DNA from: Bacteroidales bacterium
Lineage (GTDB): Bacteria; Bacteroidota; Bacteroidia; Bacteroidales; UBA10428
NCBI GenBank assembly: GCA_035913795.1
Contig: JAMIIA010000116.1
Span: 1,095 to 65,094 of the forward strand
Direction of reading: 5' to 3'
DNA: 64,000 nt
Notes under the pieces: model-generated
What the model saw: only the letters and a program-made list of their open reading frames with translations
What the model was told of the DNA's origin: nothing
Database searches by the model: none
Translations under genes and position numbers: made by a program
In this document: piece after piece, positions 20,044 through 28,736 of the stretch
How positions within the stretch are numbered: position 1 is the stretch's first letter
Layout of the letters: the number at the start of each line of letters is the position of its first letter

Positions 20044-21484
20044 GGTCTTTGTCATACTGCTCCCGGATATTTAATTCGCGATGAAATAACCGCAGGTGCA
20101 CATCAAAGTTCATTTTTAAATGCAAAAACAATCTCTCAGCACAATAAACCGAGCGATGTCTGCCGCCGGTGCAACCGAAATTAACCGCCAGATGATTAAA
20201 ATTCCTTTGTTGGTATTTTCTGACGGTGCCATCGATCATCGACGAAATGGAACCGAAGAAATCGTCTGTTTCACTCTCCTTTTCAAGATAGGCCATAACC
20301 TCCTGATCTCTTCCAGTGAGAAGCTTGTATTCCTCGTGCATTCCAGGATTATTCAAATTTCGGCAATCGAACACATATCCGCCGCCATTTCCCGACCAGT
20401 CGTCAGGAATACCCTTCCGGTATGAGAAACTGGTGATGCTCACTGTAAGCTTTTCATTAGCCTCTGGATGATGAAACCTATCGCGAATAGCTGCAATGGA
20501 TTGGATAATGGAGCAGATATACGGAAACCGCTCCCGAATAATATCCTGCGCTGCAACCCATAACATGTTATCGATTGCCGGGTTGATGCTTTGCACAAAA
20601 AAGGCCTTTTTTTCGAAAATACCTCTGTATCCGTAAGCGCCAAAAGCCTGCAACAAGCGAATCAGCACAAAAGCAGGATAATAAAACAAAAATTCCTCTC
20701 TATTAAAGAAGCTATGTTGGCCAAATACTTTTAGGTAATAATCGAGAATTTCGCCACGAAATTCGGATGAAAGATTTGTTTTTGATTCGAACAGAAGCGA
20801 TGCCAGGTCGTACTGCAAGGCTCCGCGGCGCCCACCCTGAAAATCGATAAACCAGGGCTGATCGTTGAACCACATTATATTGCGCGACTGAAAGTCGCGA
20901 AATAGAAAATAATCTGAAGGGGCCTGGAGCAAAAATTCTATTAATTTCTGAAATTCATCCTCGAGCTGTTGCTCATGAAACGACACATAGGTAGTTTTTA
21001 GGAAGAAATACTTGAAGTAATTCAAATCCCATTGCATCGACTGGCGACCAAAAGACTCACGCGGGTAGCAAACAGAGAAATCAAGATCGGCAGCCGACTT
21101 ATACTGAAGCACAGGCATCTGATCAACAACTTTTTTATACATCTCAAGCAATTGTGCCTGACTGGTATTTGTGCTTCCCACAAATTCGAAAAGGGATTTA
21201 TCCCCCAAATCCTGTTGCAGGTAAATTCCTTTCTCAGTGTCCTTAAAATAAACCTCAGGAACGTTCACTCCATGATTCTTGAGGTGAGAGGCCAGGTAAT
21301 GAAAAGCGTAGTTTTCCGGTTTGTCGTCGTTATAAGTCCCTATCAGGCTTCCAGCCGGACCTTCAATTCGAAAATACATCCGGTTCGAACCCGACAAGGG
21401 TAAGCGGTTAACCGCATTAGCAGGTGTCAATTTCACACTTTCATATGCCCTCAAAAAAAGCCTATGCAATTCCTCTATATTCAT
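20036..21484 (-). CDS. AmgK-like anomeric amino-sugar kinase (APH fold) fused to a RapZ C-terminal-like domain
   Basis: 482-aa ORF. The N-terminal part has 'FRDFQSRNIMW...FIDFQGGRRGALQYDLASLL' (APH/AmgK pattern). The C-terminal 345-470 has 'FSYRKGIP...YVFDCRNLNNP...LTGRDQEV...FGCTGGRHRSVYCAERL', matching the RapZ C-terminal domain. Confidence 0.8.
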   Translation of the reverse strand: MNIEELHRLFLRAYESVKLTPANAVNRLPLSGSNRMYFRIEGPAGSLIGTYNDDKPENYAFHYLASHLKNHGVNVPEVYFKDTEKGIYLQQDLGDKSLFEFVGSTNTSQAQLLEMYKKVVDQMPVLQYKSAADLDFSVCYPRESFGRQSMQWDLNYFKYFFLKTTYVSFHEQQLEDEFQKLIEFLLQAPSDYFLFRDFQSRNIMWFNDQPWFIDFQGGRRGALQYDLASLLFESKTNLSSEFRGEILDYYLKVFGQHSFFNREEFLFYYPAFVLIRLLQAFGAYGYRGIFEKKAFFVQSINPAIDNMLWVAAQDIIRERFPYICSIIQSIAAIRDRFHHPEANEKLTVSITSFSYRKGIPDDWSGNGGGYVFDCRNLNNPGMHEEYKLLTGRDQEVMAYLEKESETDDFFGSISSMIDGTVRKYQQRNFNHLAVNFGCTGGRHRSVYCAERLFLHLKMNFDVHLRLFHRELNIREQYDKDHV

Positions 21485-22896
21485 TTCTTTTTGTTTAAAC
21501 CTTCGGCTGCCTTGCTAATAATTTTCCAGGCTTCTGTTATATGCCTTTCAGCAACCCGTGTTTGCCCGCAAACAAACCGCAGAGCAAAGTTATTATTGAT
21601 AAGCGTATGCGAAAGATATATTTTTCCAGTGGCATTAATTTTTTCTAACAAGGCTTGGTTTAACCCATTGAGTTGCGAAGCCTCACCCTTGCAATAGCGA
21701 AAACAGACAATATTCAGATTTCGTGGTATCAGCAACTCGAAATCCGGCGTCTGAAGCACAAAAGTCTCAAACATCTTTCCCAACTCAATATGAAATCGAA
21801 GCATGGACTGCAAGCCCTCTGCACCAAACGATCGGATTACAAACCACAATTTCAACGACCGAAACCTTCTACCTAACTGAATTCCCCAATTGCTATAATC
21901 CAGATCATCGCTTTCAGCACTCTGCAAATAAGCAGGCACGAGGCTAAAAGTTCTGGTAAGATCTTCCTGGTTTTTAACAAAAAAAGCCGAACAGTCGAAA
22001 TTTGTAAACAACCATTTATGCGGATTAAAGACAAGGCTGTCTGCACTTTCCAATCCTTTTATGCTTTTTCTAAATTCAGGCAGAATCAGTGCGTTTCCAG
22101 AATACGCTGCATCGATATGATACCAGATGTGATACCGGTTGGCTATCTGACCAATTTCGTCTAATTTATCAATTGAACCACTGCCGGTGGTGCCGAGCGC
22201 ACCCACGATACAAGTTGGAACAAAGCCCATTTGCAGATCGCTAAGTATTGCCTCTTCAAGTTTTTTGGTAATCATTTTAAAATCACCATCGACCTGTATT
22301 TTAACCAGATTTTTACTGCCTAAGCCAGCAATACGAACTGCTTTTTCTATCGATGAGTGCGCTTCGGAGGAGCAGTAAACACGATACTTTCGCCCATCGT
22401 GTCCGTTTTCATTTACCGAATAGCCAGTAATCTTTTCCCTTGCAGCAAGAATAGCACAAAGTGTAGAAACTGAAGCTGTATCCATAATTACTCCTTTGAA
22501 GGCTTCGGGCAAGGCTATTAATTCGCGCAACCACACCATCATTACCCTCTCGAGTTCAGTAGCAGCCGGCGAAGTTATCCATTTCATACCCTGCACCCCT
22601 AAGCCTGCCGAAAGTAATTCGGCCAGCACCGATGGATAACTGTTGTTGGCCGGAAAATATGCATGAAAGCCAGGGTGCTGCCAATGTGTAATTCCAGGCA
22701 TGATAATGCCATCAAAATCTTGGATTATGCGCTCAAATGTTTCTCCTTTCTGTGGAGCACTTTTTGGAAGAAGCGCCTCAATGGAACCAGGACGAATATT
22801 AGGCTTTACCGGCAGTTGCTCAATCTCAGTAAAGTAACGATGTAACCATTCCATCATAGAATGTCCTGCTTTGGTAAAATCGTCGAGGTTGTTCAT
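21481..22896 (-). CDS. Group II pyridoxal-dependent (aromatic-L-amino-acid type) decarboxylase
   Basis: 'HWQHPGFHAYFPANNSYPSVLAELL' and the PLP-lysine context 'FNPHKWLFTNFDCS'. I place the start at the ATG at 22896. The track's 22920 start is a TTG. ATGA overlap with the kinase gene. Confidence 0.85.
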   Translation of the reverse strand: MNNLDDFTKAGHSMMEWLHRYFTEIEQLPVKPNIRPGSIEALLPKSAPQKGETFERIIQDFDGIIMPGITHWQHPGFHAYFPANNSYPSVLAELLSAGLGVQGMKWITSPAATELERVMMVWLRELIALPEAFKGVIMDTASVSTLCAILAAREKITGYSVNENGHDGRKYRVYCSSEAHSSIEKAVRIAGLGSKNLVKIQVDGDFKMITKKLEEAILSDLQMGFVPTCIVGALGTTGSGSIDKLDEIGQIANRYHIWYHIDAAYSGNALILPEFRKSIKGLESADSLVFNPHKWLFTNFDCSAFFVKNQEDLTRTFSLVPAYLQSAESDDLDYSNWGIQLGRRFRSLKLWFVIRSFGAEGLQSMLRFHIELGKMFETFVLQTPDFELLIPRNLNIVCFRYCKGEASQLNGLNQALLEKINATGKIYLSHTLINNNFALRFVCGQTRVAERHITEAWKIISKAAEGLNKKK

Positions 22897-23018
22897 GAGT
22901 TTATTGCTATTTTCGAACAAAAATTATTACTATTACATCGAAGTTGAAAATGAAATTCTTAACAAAGCATTGCATTGACAACTATAATTAATAAATTTAA
23001 TGCAAATCCATTTCAACC

Positions 23019-23474
23019 ATGAGATTAGAAATCTATGATTCCAAGGATCTGAATTTTGTAGAGTTAAATATTACAGGTGGCAATGATACACTTATTCGTT
23101 GCGACAAGGAATCGAAATTTATTGACAGTGTGGTTTTTAATGTGTTTACCCCTTGCTTTGAAAATGCCAATAAGCTTTACGAATATTATGGGCCTACCAA
23201 ATACAATGCCCGCAAAATTATTCCTCTCCGTAACGAACTCATTACTTTTCGCGACAAACTGAAAGCCCTTGCATCGGTGAAGGATTTTGAATCGATGATT
23301 TCTGAGCATTTTCTTGGAAGGGAATTTCTGGAAGAACTGCAAAAAAGTATGTCTGACTATGCAAAAAACTGGGGCCACTACCGCGACTCAATAATTAAAA
23401 TTAACATCGATCTTATTGCCATTACTGAAAAATGCGCCGACGAGGAAAGAATTCTCTGGGTAGTTGGATATTAA
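23019..23474 (+). CDS. Hypothetical protein (151 aa, no recognisable motif)
   Basis: Clean ATG ORF filling an otherwise empty gap. It ends 3 nt from the convergent aat stop. Confidence 0.45.
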   Translation: MRLEIYDSKDLNFVELNITGGNDTLIRCDKESKFIDSVVFNVFTPCFENANKLYEYYGPTKYNARKIIPLRNELITFRDKLKALASVKDFESMISEHFLGREFLEELQKSMSDYAKNWGHYRDSIIKINIDLIAITEKCADEERILWVVGY

Positions 23475-23477
23475 TTT

Positions 23478-24161
23478 TTATAACAAAATCAATTCTGCTG
23501 CATTCCACTTTCTATTGAGTGTAGGGTATTTTAATGCCTCCGAAAGCTTGTCCAAAAAATCGTTGCGGATCATTTCTTTGGCTCCTAAACTGTGCAAATG
23601 ACGGGTAGGTTGCTGTGCATCGATAAATTGAAAACCAAACTGCCTGCACCAGCCAACCAGATAATAAAAAGCAACTTTACTGCTATTGGGTTCGAGAAAA
23701 AACATCGATTCACCAAAAAATGCTTTACCAAGAGAAACTCCATACAAGCCTCCTACTAAAACTCCATTATAAAAGGTTTCGAACGAATGTGCCAGCCCCA
23801 TACGGTGCAATTCTTTATAGGCGTTTCGCATTTCCAAGGTAATCCATGTCCCCCCCTGCCCGGGTCGGTCCCTTTTTCTGCAATGCTCTATGACGTCACC
23901 AAAACAAGTGTCGATTCTGAGTTCGAATTTTTCACTGGCTACCACTTGTTTTAAGCTTTTTGACAAGCGAAATTCCTCTGGAATCAGCACCATTCTTGGG
24001 TTCGGACTCCACCAAAGAATAGGATCGTCTTCGTTAAACCACGGAAATACCCCCTGAGAATAAGCCGATATCAGAAAATCGGCTGTCAACTCCCCACCTA
24101 CCGCAATCAAACCTTCGTCATCTGCCTTTCGGGGGTCGGGAAACTGCACCACACTGTTCAT
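23478..24161 (-). CDS. aat: Leucyl/phenylalanyl-tRNA--protein transferase
   Basis: 227-aa ORF with 'GLIAVGGELTADFLISAYSQGVFPWF' and 'WWSPNPRMVL'. Confidence 0.9.
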   Translation of the reverse strand: MNSVVQFPDPRKADDEGLIAVGGELTADFLISAYSQGVFPWFNEDDPILWWSPNPRMVLIPEEFRLSKSLKQVVASEKFELRIDTCFGDVIEHCRKRDRPGQGGTWITLEMRNAYKELHRMGLAHSFETFYNGVLVGGLYGVSLGKAFFGESMFFLEPNSSKVAFYYLVGWCRQFGFQFIDAQQPTRHLHSLGAKEMIRNDFLDKLSEALKYPTLNRKWNAAELILL

Positions 24162-24297
24162 TGAATAAGGATTCGTTGAGTAAAACCTGATGGCTTTTTA
24201 AACACAGTCTTTTGCACGAAGCTAAATTATTCAATTAAGAACTAGAACCAAAAAGCAAGAAGATTTCTTAGGTCTTCTTTTTCAAGAAGCTATTCAC

Positions 24298-24328
24298 AAA
24301 AAAAAGCTGAACCCATAATGGATTCAGC
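24298..24328 (-). terminator. Intrinsic terminator downstream of tRNA-Leu(GAG)
   Basis: On the minus strand, the hairpin GCTGAAtCC-attat-GGgTTCAGC is followed by T8. Confidence 0.65.
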
Positions 24329-24332
24329 TCTG

Positions 24333-24416
24333 TGCCCAGGACAGGATTTGAACCTGCACAACCTTGCGATCGCCAGCCCCTCAAGCTGGTGCGTCTACCA
24401 ATTTCGCCACCTGGGC
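24333..24416 (-). tRNA. tRNA-Leu (anticodon GAG), type II with a long variable arm
   Basis: Reverse complement GCCCAGGTGGCGAAATTGGTAGACGCACCAGCTTGAGGGGCTGG...GCAGGTTCAAATCCTGTCCTGGGCA. It folds by hand into a cloverleaf with anticodon loop TTGAGGG. No encoded CCA. Confidence 0.9.
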
Positions 24417-24524
24417 TTTTGTTTTGTTTAAAGCTCAAAGGTAAGAGTTTTTATTCAACTCTAAAACATTGAACTTTAACTTTAAACTTTGAACTGTAAA
24501 CTTTAAACCTTAAACTTAATTACG

Positions 24525-24608
24525 TGCCCAGAACAGGACTCGAACCTGCACAACCTTGCGATCACTAGTCCCTGAAACTAGCGCGTCTACCAATTTCGCC
24601 ATCTGGGC
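24525..24608 (-). tRNA. tRNA-Leu (anticodon CAG), type II
   Basis: Reverse complement GCCCAGATGGCGAAATTGGTAGACGCGCTAGTTTCAGGGACTAG...GCAGGTTCGAGTCCTGTTCTGGGCA, with anticodon loop TTCAGGG. Confidence 0.9.
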
Positions 24609-24702
24609 TTATTTCATTTCTCAAACAAGGTGGTTTTCAAATCTTCCAACTTTTTTGAGCCTATCACGGTTGGCGAGAGCTCGAACAAAAAAATGTTCTC
24701 GG

Positions 24703-24719
24703 TTTCGCCATCTGGGCTT
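24703..24719 (-). other. 17-nt exact copy of the 5' end of tRNA-Leu(CAG) (tRNA remnant)
   Basis: tttcgccatctgggctt at 24703-24719 is identical to 24594-24610. Flanking sequence (gagctcgaac) weakly resembles a T-arm, but no cloverleaf can be folded. Confidence 0.6.
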
Positions 24720-24799
24720 GCCCATCTGAGTTGCCTGTTCTGTGGGGGTGCAAATTTATAAATATTCTTTAAAATTATATCTGGTACATGATTTTTTTT

Positions 24800-24834
24800 A
24801 ACAAAGAAAAGGGCAGCCTATTTAAGACTGCCCT
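24800..24834 (-). terminator. Intrinsic terminator downstream of the PKD lipoprotein gene
   Basis: Stem gggcag/ctgccc with an 11-nt loop, followed on the minus strand by ttttctttgtt. Confidence 0.5.
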
Positions 24835-24864
24835 ATGGTACAAAAATCTGTGTAAACCAAAAAC

Positions 24865-25581
24865 CTATTTCATTGCAGCTTCTTGCTTTTCTTTTAATGT
24901 TCTCTTTTGGCTTGTCTGCTTTACTTCCCGAACTGTTATTTTCTCATTGGCCGATTTAAAATACTGTGGATCGTAATCGACATAAGCAGTAAAAATGTTG
25001 TGCTTCGCATGTTCCAGGGGCAATGTTTTTATGAAGTTAATATCTTCCGCAGCCAGGGTGTAATTGTTGTAATAATTATTGAAAACATCGATATAAAAAA
25101 TCTCTGACCGCATACCTTTAAAGACTACTGCACCATAAGAATCGGTGTAACCCCTAACCACCGGTTGGTAAAAATTATTGTAATCGTATTCATTGGCATA
25201 AACTACCACATTGGCATTGGATATCAGATTTCCAGAATAGTATTCAACAACCTCTACTTCAAGGGTAGTTTCGAACACTTCTATGGTCATATAAGCATAA
25301 TCAACGCGATTGTTGTAATAAGCAGCCAGTCTTACTTCGTAAACACCTTCGTTTAAGAAATAATGCGATGGAGAAGGCAAATTGGAAAAAGTCCCATCTC
25401 CAAAGTCCCATTCAAACTGATTGGCATTGGTAGAGTAATTCGAAAAGTACACCGATTCACCGGGTATTACTAAATCGTAATTTACCTGAAATGCAGCATA
25501 GGGGTTTTCTATACCAGAATCGATTATGCAGCTATTTAGAAGGAGTGCTGCAGCGGCTATTAGGAGTAAATTTCTTTTCAT
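24865..25581 (-). CDS. PKD-domain lipoprotein
   Basis: 238-aa ORF with lipobox 'LLLNSC' and PKD signature 'FEWDFGDGTFSNLPSPSHYFLNEGVYEVRL'. Confidence 0.75.
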   Translation of the reverse strand: MKRNLLLIAAAALLLNSCIIDSGIENPYAAFQVNYDLVIPGESVYFSNYSTNANQFEWDFGDGTFSNLPSPSHYFLNEGVYEVRLAAYYNNRVDYAYMTIEVFETTLEVEVVEYYSGNLISNANVVVYANEYDYNNFYQPVVRGYTDSYGAVVFKGMRSEIFYIDVFNNYYNNYTLAAEDINFIKTLPLEHAKHNIFTAYVDYDPQYFKSANEKITVREVKQTSQKRTLKEKQEAAMK

Positions 25582-25692
25582 GGCTTTATGATTTAATCGT
25601 TATGTATCGTTTTTCAAAACATGTGCCAAAAATAAATTAGCATTTATCATTCATCTATTATAGGATGTCAAACAGCTGGTTTTTAAAGTGAT

Positions 25693-25869
25693 ATGAAACC
25701 AAAAACACTTGCAAAATTTTTACTTGAATGGTTAAATACAATACTTACTCTTACGGCTATCACTTTTTTATTGTTGCTAAAACTACTCTCTAAAAAAGCA
25801 GGAAGAAGAGCAAACTATTTGGAGCCAGAAATACAGTATTATTTTTATCTTTGCCTTCCGAAAAAATGA
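25693..25869 (+). CDS. Candidate 58-aa upstream ORF / small single-pass membrane peptide ahead of thrS (speculative)
   Basis: My own translation gives [58 protein letters not shown]. The stop TGA at 25867-25869 overlaps the ATG at 25866. The region is AT-rich, so this could be a chance ORF. Confidence 0.2.
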   Translation: MKPKTLAKFLLEWLNTILTLTAITFLLLLKLLSKKAGRRANYLEPEIQYYFYLCLPKK

Positions 25870-25880
25870 ACTCAAGTACG

Positions 25881-27827
25881 ATGATACAAATTACATTTCC
25901 AGATAGCAGTATCCGTGAATTTTCAGAAGGTGTGAATGGCCTCGATATAGCCAAAAGCCTTAGCAACAGCCTCGCAAAAGAAGTAGTGGCAGTGAGTGTA
26001 GATGAAGAAGTCTGGGATACCACCCGTCCGATTAATAAAAATGCTCATATAAAATTGCACAAATTCGATACCCCGGAAGGCAAACATGCATTCTGGCATT
26101 CTTCGGCCCACCTGATGGCTGAGGCAATCGAAACCATCTATCCGGGCACAAAGTTTGGTATAGGCCCTGCTATTGAAAACGGCTTTTATTATGACATTGA
26201 ACCCGGCAACGGAAAAGTTATTACAGAAGCAGATCTGACAGAAATCGAGGCAAAAATGAAAGAATTGGCCTCCCAAAAAAATACCTACAGCAGGCGTGAG
26301 ATTAGGAAAGCAGAAGTATTGGATCTATTCAAGAAAAAGGGCGATCACTATAAATGCGAACTAATTGAAGAGCTTGAAGATGGAACCATTACCCTTTATT
26401 CGCAGGGTAATTTTACCGATTTATGTCGTGGCCCGCACTTACCCGATACTGGATTTATTAAAGCCATAAAACTATTAAGCGTGGCAGGTGCTTATTGGCG
26501 TGGCGATGAAAAACGCCCTCAAATGACCCGAATCTATGGTATTACTTTCCCGAAGCAAGCCATGCTAGACGAATACCTCGAAAAACTTGAGCAAGCCAAA
26601 GCCAGAGACCATAGAAAACTTGGTAAAGAACTCGAATTATTCACCTTTTCACCTCGTGTAGGACAGGGATTGCCTTTATGGTTACCAAAAGGAGCGGCCC
26701 TGAGAGAACGTCTGCAGGAATTTTTAAAGAGAGTTCAAAAGAATCATGGATACGATTTAGTGATGACTCCGCATATTGGTCAAAAAGAATTGTACGTGAT
26801 ATCGGGCCACTATGAGAAATATGGCAAAGACTCATTCAGGCCCATCACAACCCCACAGGAAGGGGAAGAGTTTTTGCTTAAGCCCATGAACTGCCCCCAT
26901 CACTGCGAAATTTACAGAAGCAAACCTCACTCCTACAAAGATTTACCCATTCGGTATGCCGAATTCGGAACAGTTTACCGGTACGAACAAAGTGGCGAGT
27001 TACATGGTCTTACGCGCGTGCGTGGCTTTACTCAGGACGACGCACACATTTTTTGCAGACCCGATCAATTAAAAGACGAGTTCAAAAAAGTAATCGATAT
27101 CATTCTTTATATTTTTAAAACACTTGATTTTGCTGACTTTGTCACACAGGTATCGCTGCGCGATAAAGTAAACCGCGAAAAATATATCGGATCGGACGAA
27201 AACTGGGAAAAAGCAGAAAAAGCCATTATTGAAGCAGCCAATGAGAAAGGATTAAAAACCGTGGTAGAATATGGTGAAGCTGCTTTCTATGGACCTAAGC
27301 TCGATTTTATGGTAAAAGATGCCATCGGACGCACCTGGCAGCTTGGCACCATTCAGGTCGATTATAACCTACCAGAACGTTTTGAACTTGAATACATTGG
27401 AAGCGATGACCAACGACACAGGCCAGTAATGATTCACCGCGCGCCATTTGGATCCATGGAACGATTCGTAGCCGTACTTATTGAACACACGGCTGGCAAA
27501 TTTCCCTTGTGGCTTACCCCTGACCAGGCCATTGTTTTACCCATCAGCGAAAAATATCAGGATTATGCAGAAAATGTTTTAAAATTTCTAAATAATTCCG
27601 ATATTCGCACCCTGATTGACGAAAGGGCTGAAAAGATAGGCAGAAAAATACGCGATGCAGAGCTGAAGCGCATTCCCTACCTTATTATTGTTGGTGAAAA
27701 GGAAGCTGAAAACAACACAATTTCGGTACGCAGACAGGGTGAAGGAGATAAAGGATCGATGTCGCTCGCTGAGTTTATCGAATTGGTTTCGAGCGAAATT
27801 AAGCAGCAAACAGCAGAAATAGAATAG
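25881..27827 (+). CDS. thrS: Threonine--tRNA ligase
   Basis: '[14 protein letters not shown]' is a typical ThrS N-terminus (TGS domain), with '[14 protein letters not shown]' and 'FTQDDAHIF'. The track start 25851 is a TTG. In-frame ATGs lie at 25866 and 25881, and the latter gives a canonical 648-aa product. Confidence 0.9.
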   Translation: MIQITFPDSSIREFSEGVNGLDIAKSLSNSLAKEVVAVSVDEEVWDTTRPINKNAHIKLHKFDTPEGKHAFWHSSAHLMAEAIETIYPGTKFGIGPAIENGFYYDIEPGNGKVITEADLTEIEAKMKELASQKNTYSRREIRKAEVLDLFKKKGDHYKCELIEELEDGTITLYSQGNFTDLCRGPHLPDTGFIKAIKLLSVAGAYWRGDEKRPQMTRIYGITFPKQAMLDEYLEKLEQAKARDHRKLGKELELFTFSPRVGQGLPLWLPKGAALRERLQEFLKRVQKNHGYDLVMTPHIGQKELYVISGHYEKYGKDSFRPITTPQEGEEFLLKPMNCPHHCEIYRSKPHSYKDLPIRYAEFGTVYRYEQSGELHGLTRVRGFTQDDAHIFCRPDQLKDEFKKVIDIILYIFKTLDFADFVTQVSLRDKVNREKYIGSDENWEKAEKAIIEAANEKGLKTVVEYGEAAFYGPKLDFMVKDAIGRTWQLGTIQVDYNLPERFELEYIGSDDQRHRPVMIHRAPFGSMERFVAVLIEHTAGKFPLWLTPDQAIVLPISEKYQDYAENVLKFLNNSDIRTLIDERAEKIGRKIRDAELKRIPYLIIVGEKEAENNTISVRRQGEGDKGSMSLAEFIELVSSEIKQQTAEIE

Positions 27828-27850
27828 TTTTAACATAACATTAGGAGGAA

Positions 27851-28432
27851 TTGACCATAGCGGGACCATACAACAGAGGGCCACAGAGACCCCCATTACG
27901 CCAAAAACAAGAGGCACTACACAAGATAAACGACAAAATTAGGGCGAAAACAGTAAGGGTAGTAGGCGACAACCTTAAAGAGCCAGGCGTTTACTCCATT
28001 GAGGAGGCATTAAAGCTGGCAGATACCTATGAACTTGATTTGGTGGAAATATCGCCCAATGCAGATCCTCCTGTTTGCAAGGTAGTTGACTACCAGAAGT
28101 TTCTTTATCAGCAGAAAAAGAAACAAAAGGAAATGAAGTCAAATGCCGTAAAAATAATTGTAAAAGAGATTCGTTTCGGCCCTCATACCGACGAACACGA
28201 TTACAACTTTAAAGTAAAGCACGCTATCAAGTTTTTGCAGGAAGGTGCAAAAGTGAAGGCTTACGTATTTTTTAAAGGCCGCACAATAGTGTACAAAGAA
28301 GACGGTGAAATATTGTTGTTGAGGTTTGCACAAGACCTTGAAGAATATGGCAAAGTAGAGCAACTGCCAAAACTCGAAGGAAAACGAATGACCATTATGC
28401 TCTCGGCCAAACAAGTAAAAAAGAAAAATTAA
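27851..28432 (+). CDS. infC: Translation initiation factor IF-3 (non-AUG start)
   Basis: '[16 protein letters not shown]...[36 protein letters not shown]'. There is no in-frame ATG between the stop at 27842 and the conserved core. The candidate starts are TTG at 27851 and ATA at 27857. Confidence 0.85.
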   Translation: MTIAGPYNRGPQRPPLRQKQEALHKINDKIRAKTVRVVGDNLKEPGVYSIEEALKLADTYELDLVEISPNADPPVCKVVDYQKFLYQQKKKQKEMKSNAVKIIVKEIRFGPHTDEHDYNFKVKHAIKFLQEGAKVKAYVFFKGRTIVYKEDGEILLLRFAQDLEEYGKVEQLPKLEGKRMTIMLSAKQVKKKN

Positions 28433-28449
28433 TTTTTTAAATAGTAGCT

Positions 28450-28647
28450 ATGCCGAAAATGAAAACAAATTCTGGAGCTAAAAAGCGATTTTCGCTTACC
28501 GGTTCCGGAAAGATTAAAAGAAAGCATGCTTTCAAAAGTCACATTTTAACCAAGAAATCGACAAAGCGCAAGCGTAACCTTACCTACGATGGTTTGGTGC
28601 ATAAAGCCGATGAGAAAAACGTGAAACTTTTGTTAGCACTTAAGTAA
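28450..28647 (+). CDS. rpmI: 50S ribosomal protein L35
   Basis: 65-aa ORF '[14 protein letters not shown]...[17 protein letters not shown]'. Confidence 0.95.
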   Translation: MPKMKTNSGAKKRFSLTGSGKIKRKHAFKSHILTKKSTKRKRNLTYDGLVHKADEKNVKLLLALK

Positions 28648-28736
28648 GCAAAAAATAGTATTAACTGAGTGTTTTAGCCCCAAAGTGTTCTTCGTTTATT
28701 CGAAAGAAACGCTAGACATTCCAAAAAAGTAGAAAA

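Noticed and set aside
25851-25880. TTG (25851) and ATG (25866) as thrS start codons
   Set aside because: The ATG at 25881 yields [14 protein letters not shown], matching the usual ThrS N-terminus and length (648 aa). The upstream codons are more likely 5' UTR or the uORF end. The ATG at 25866 cannot be excluded.
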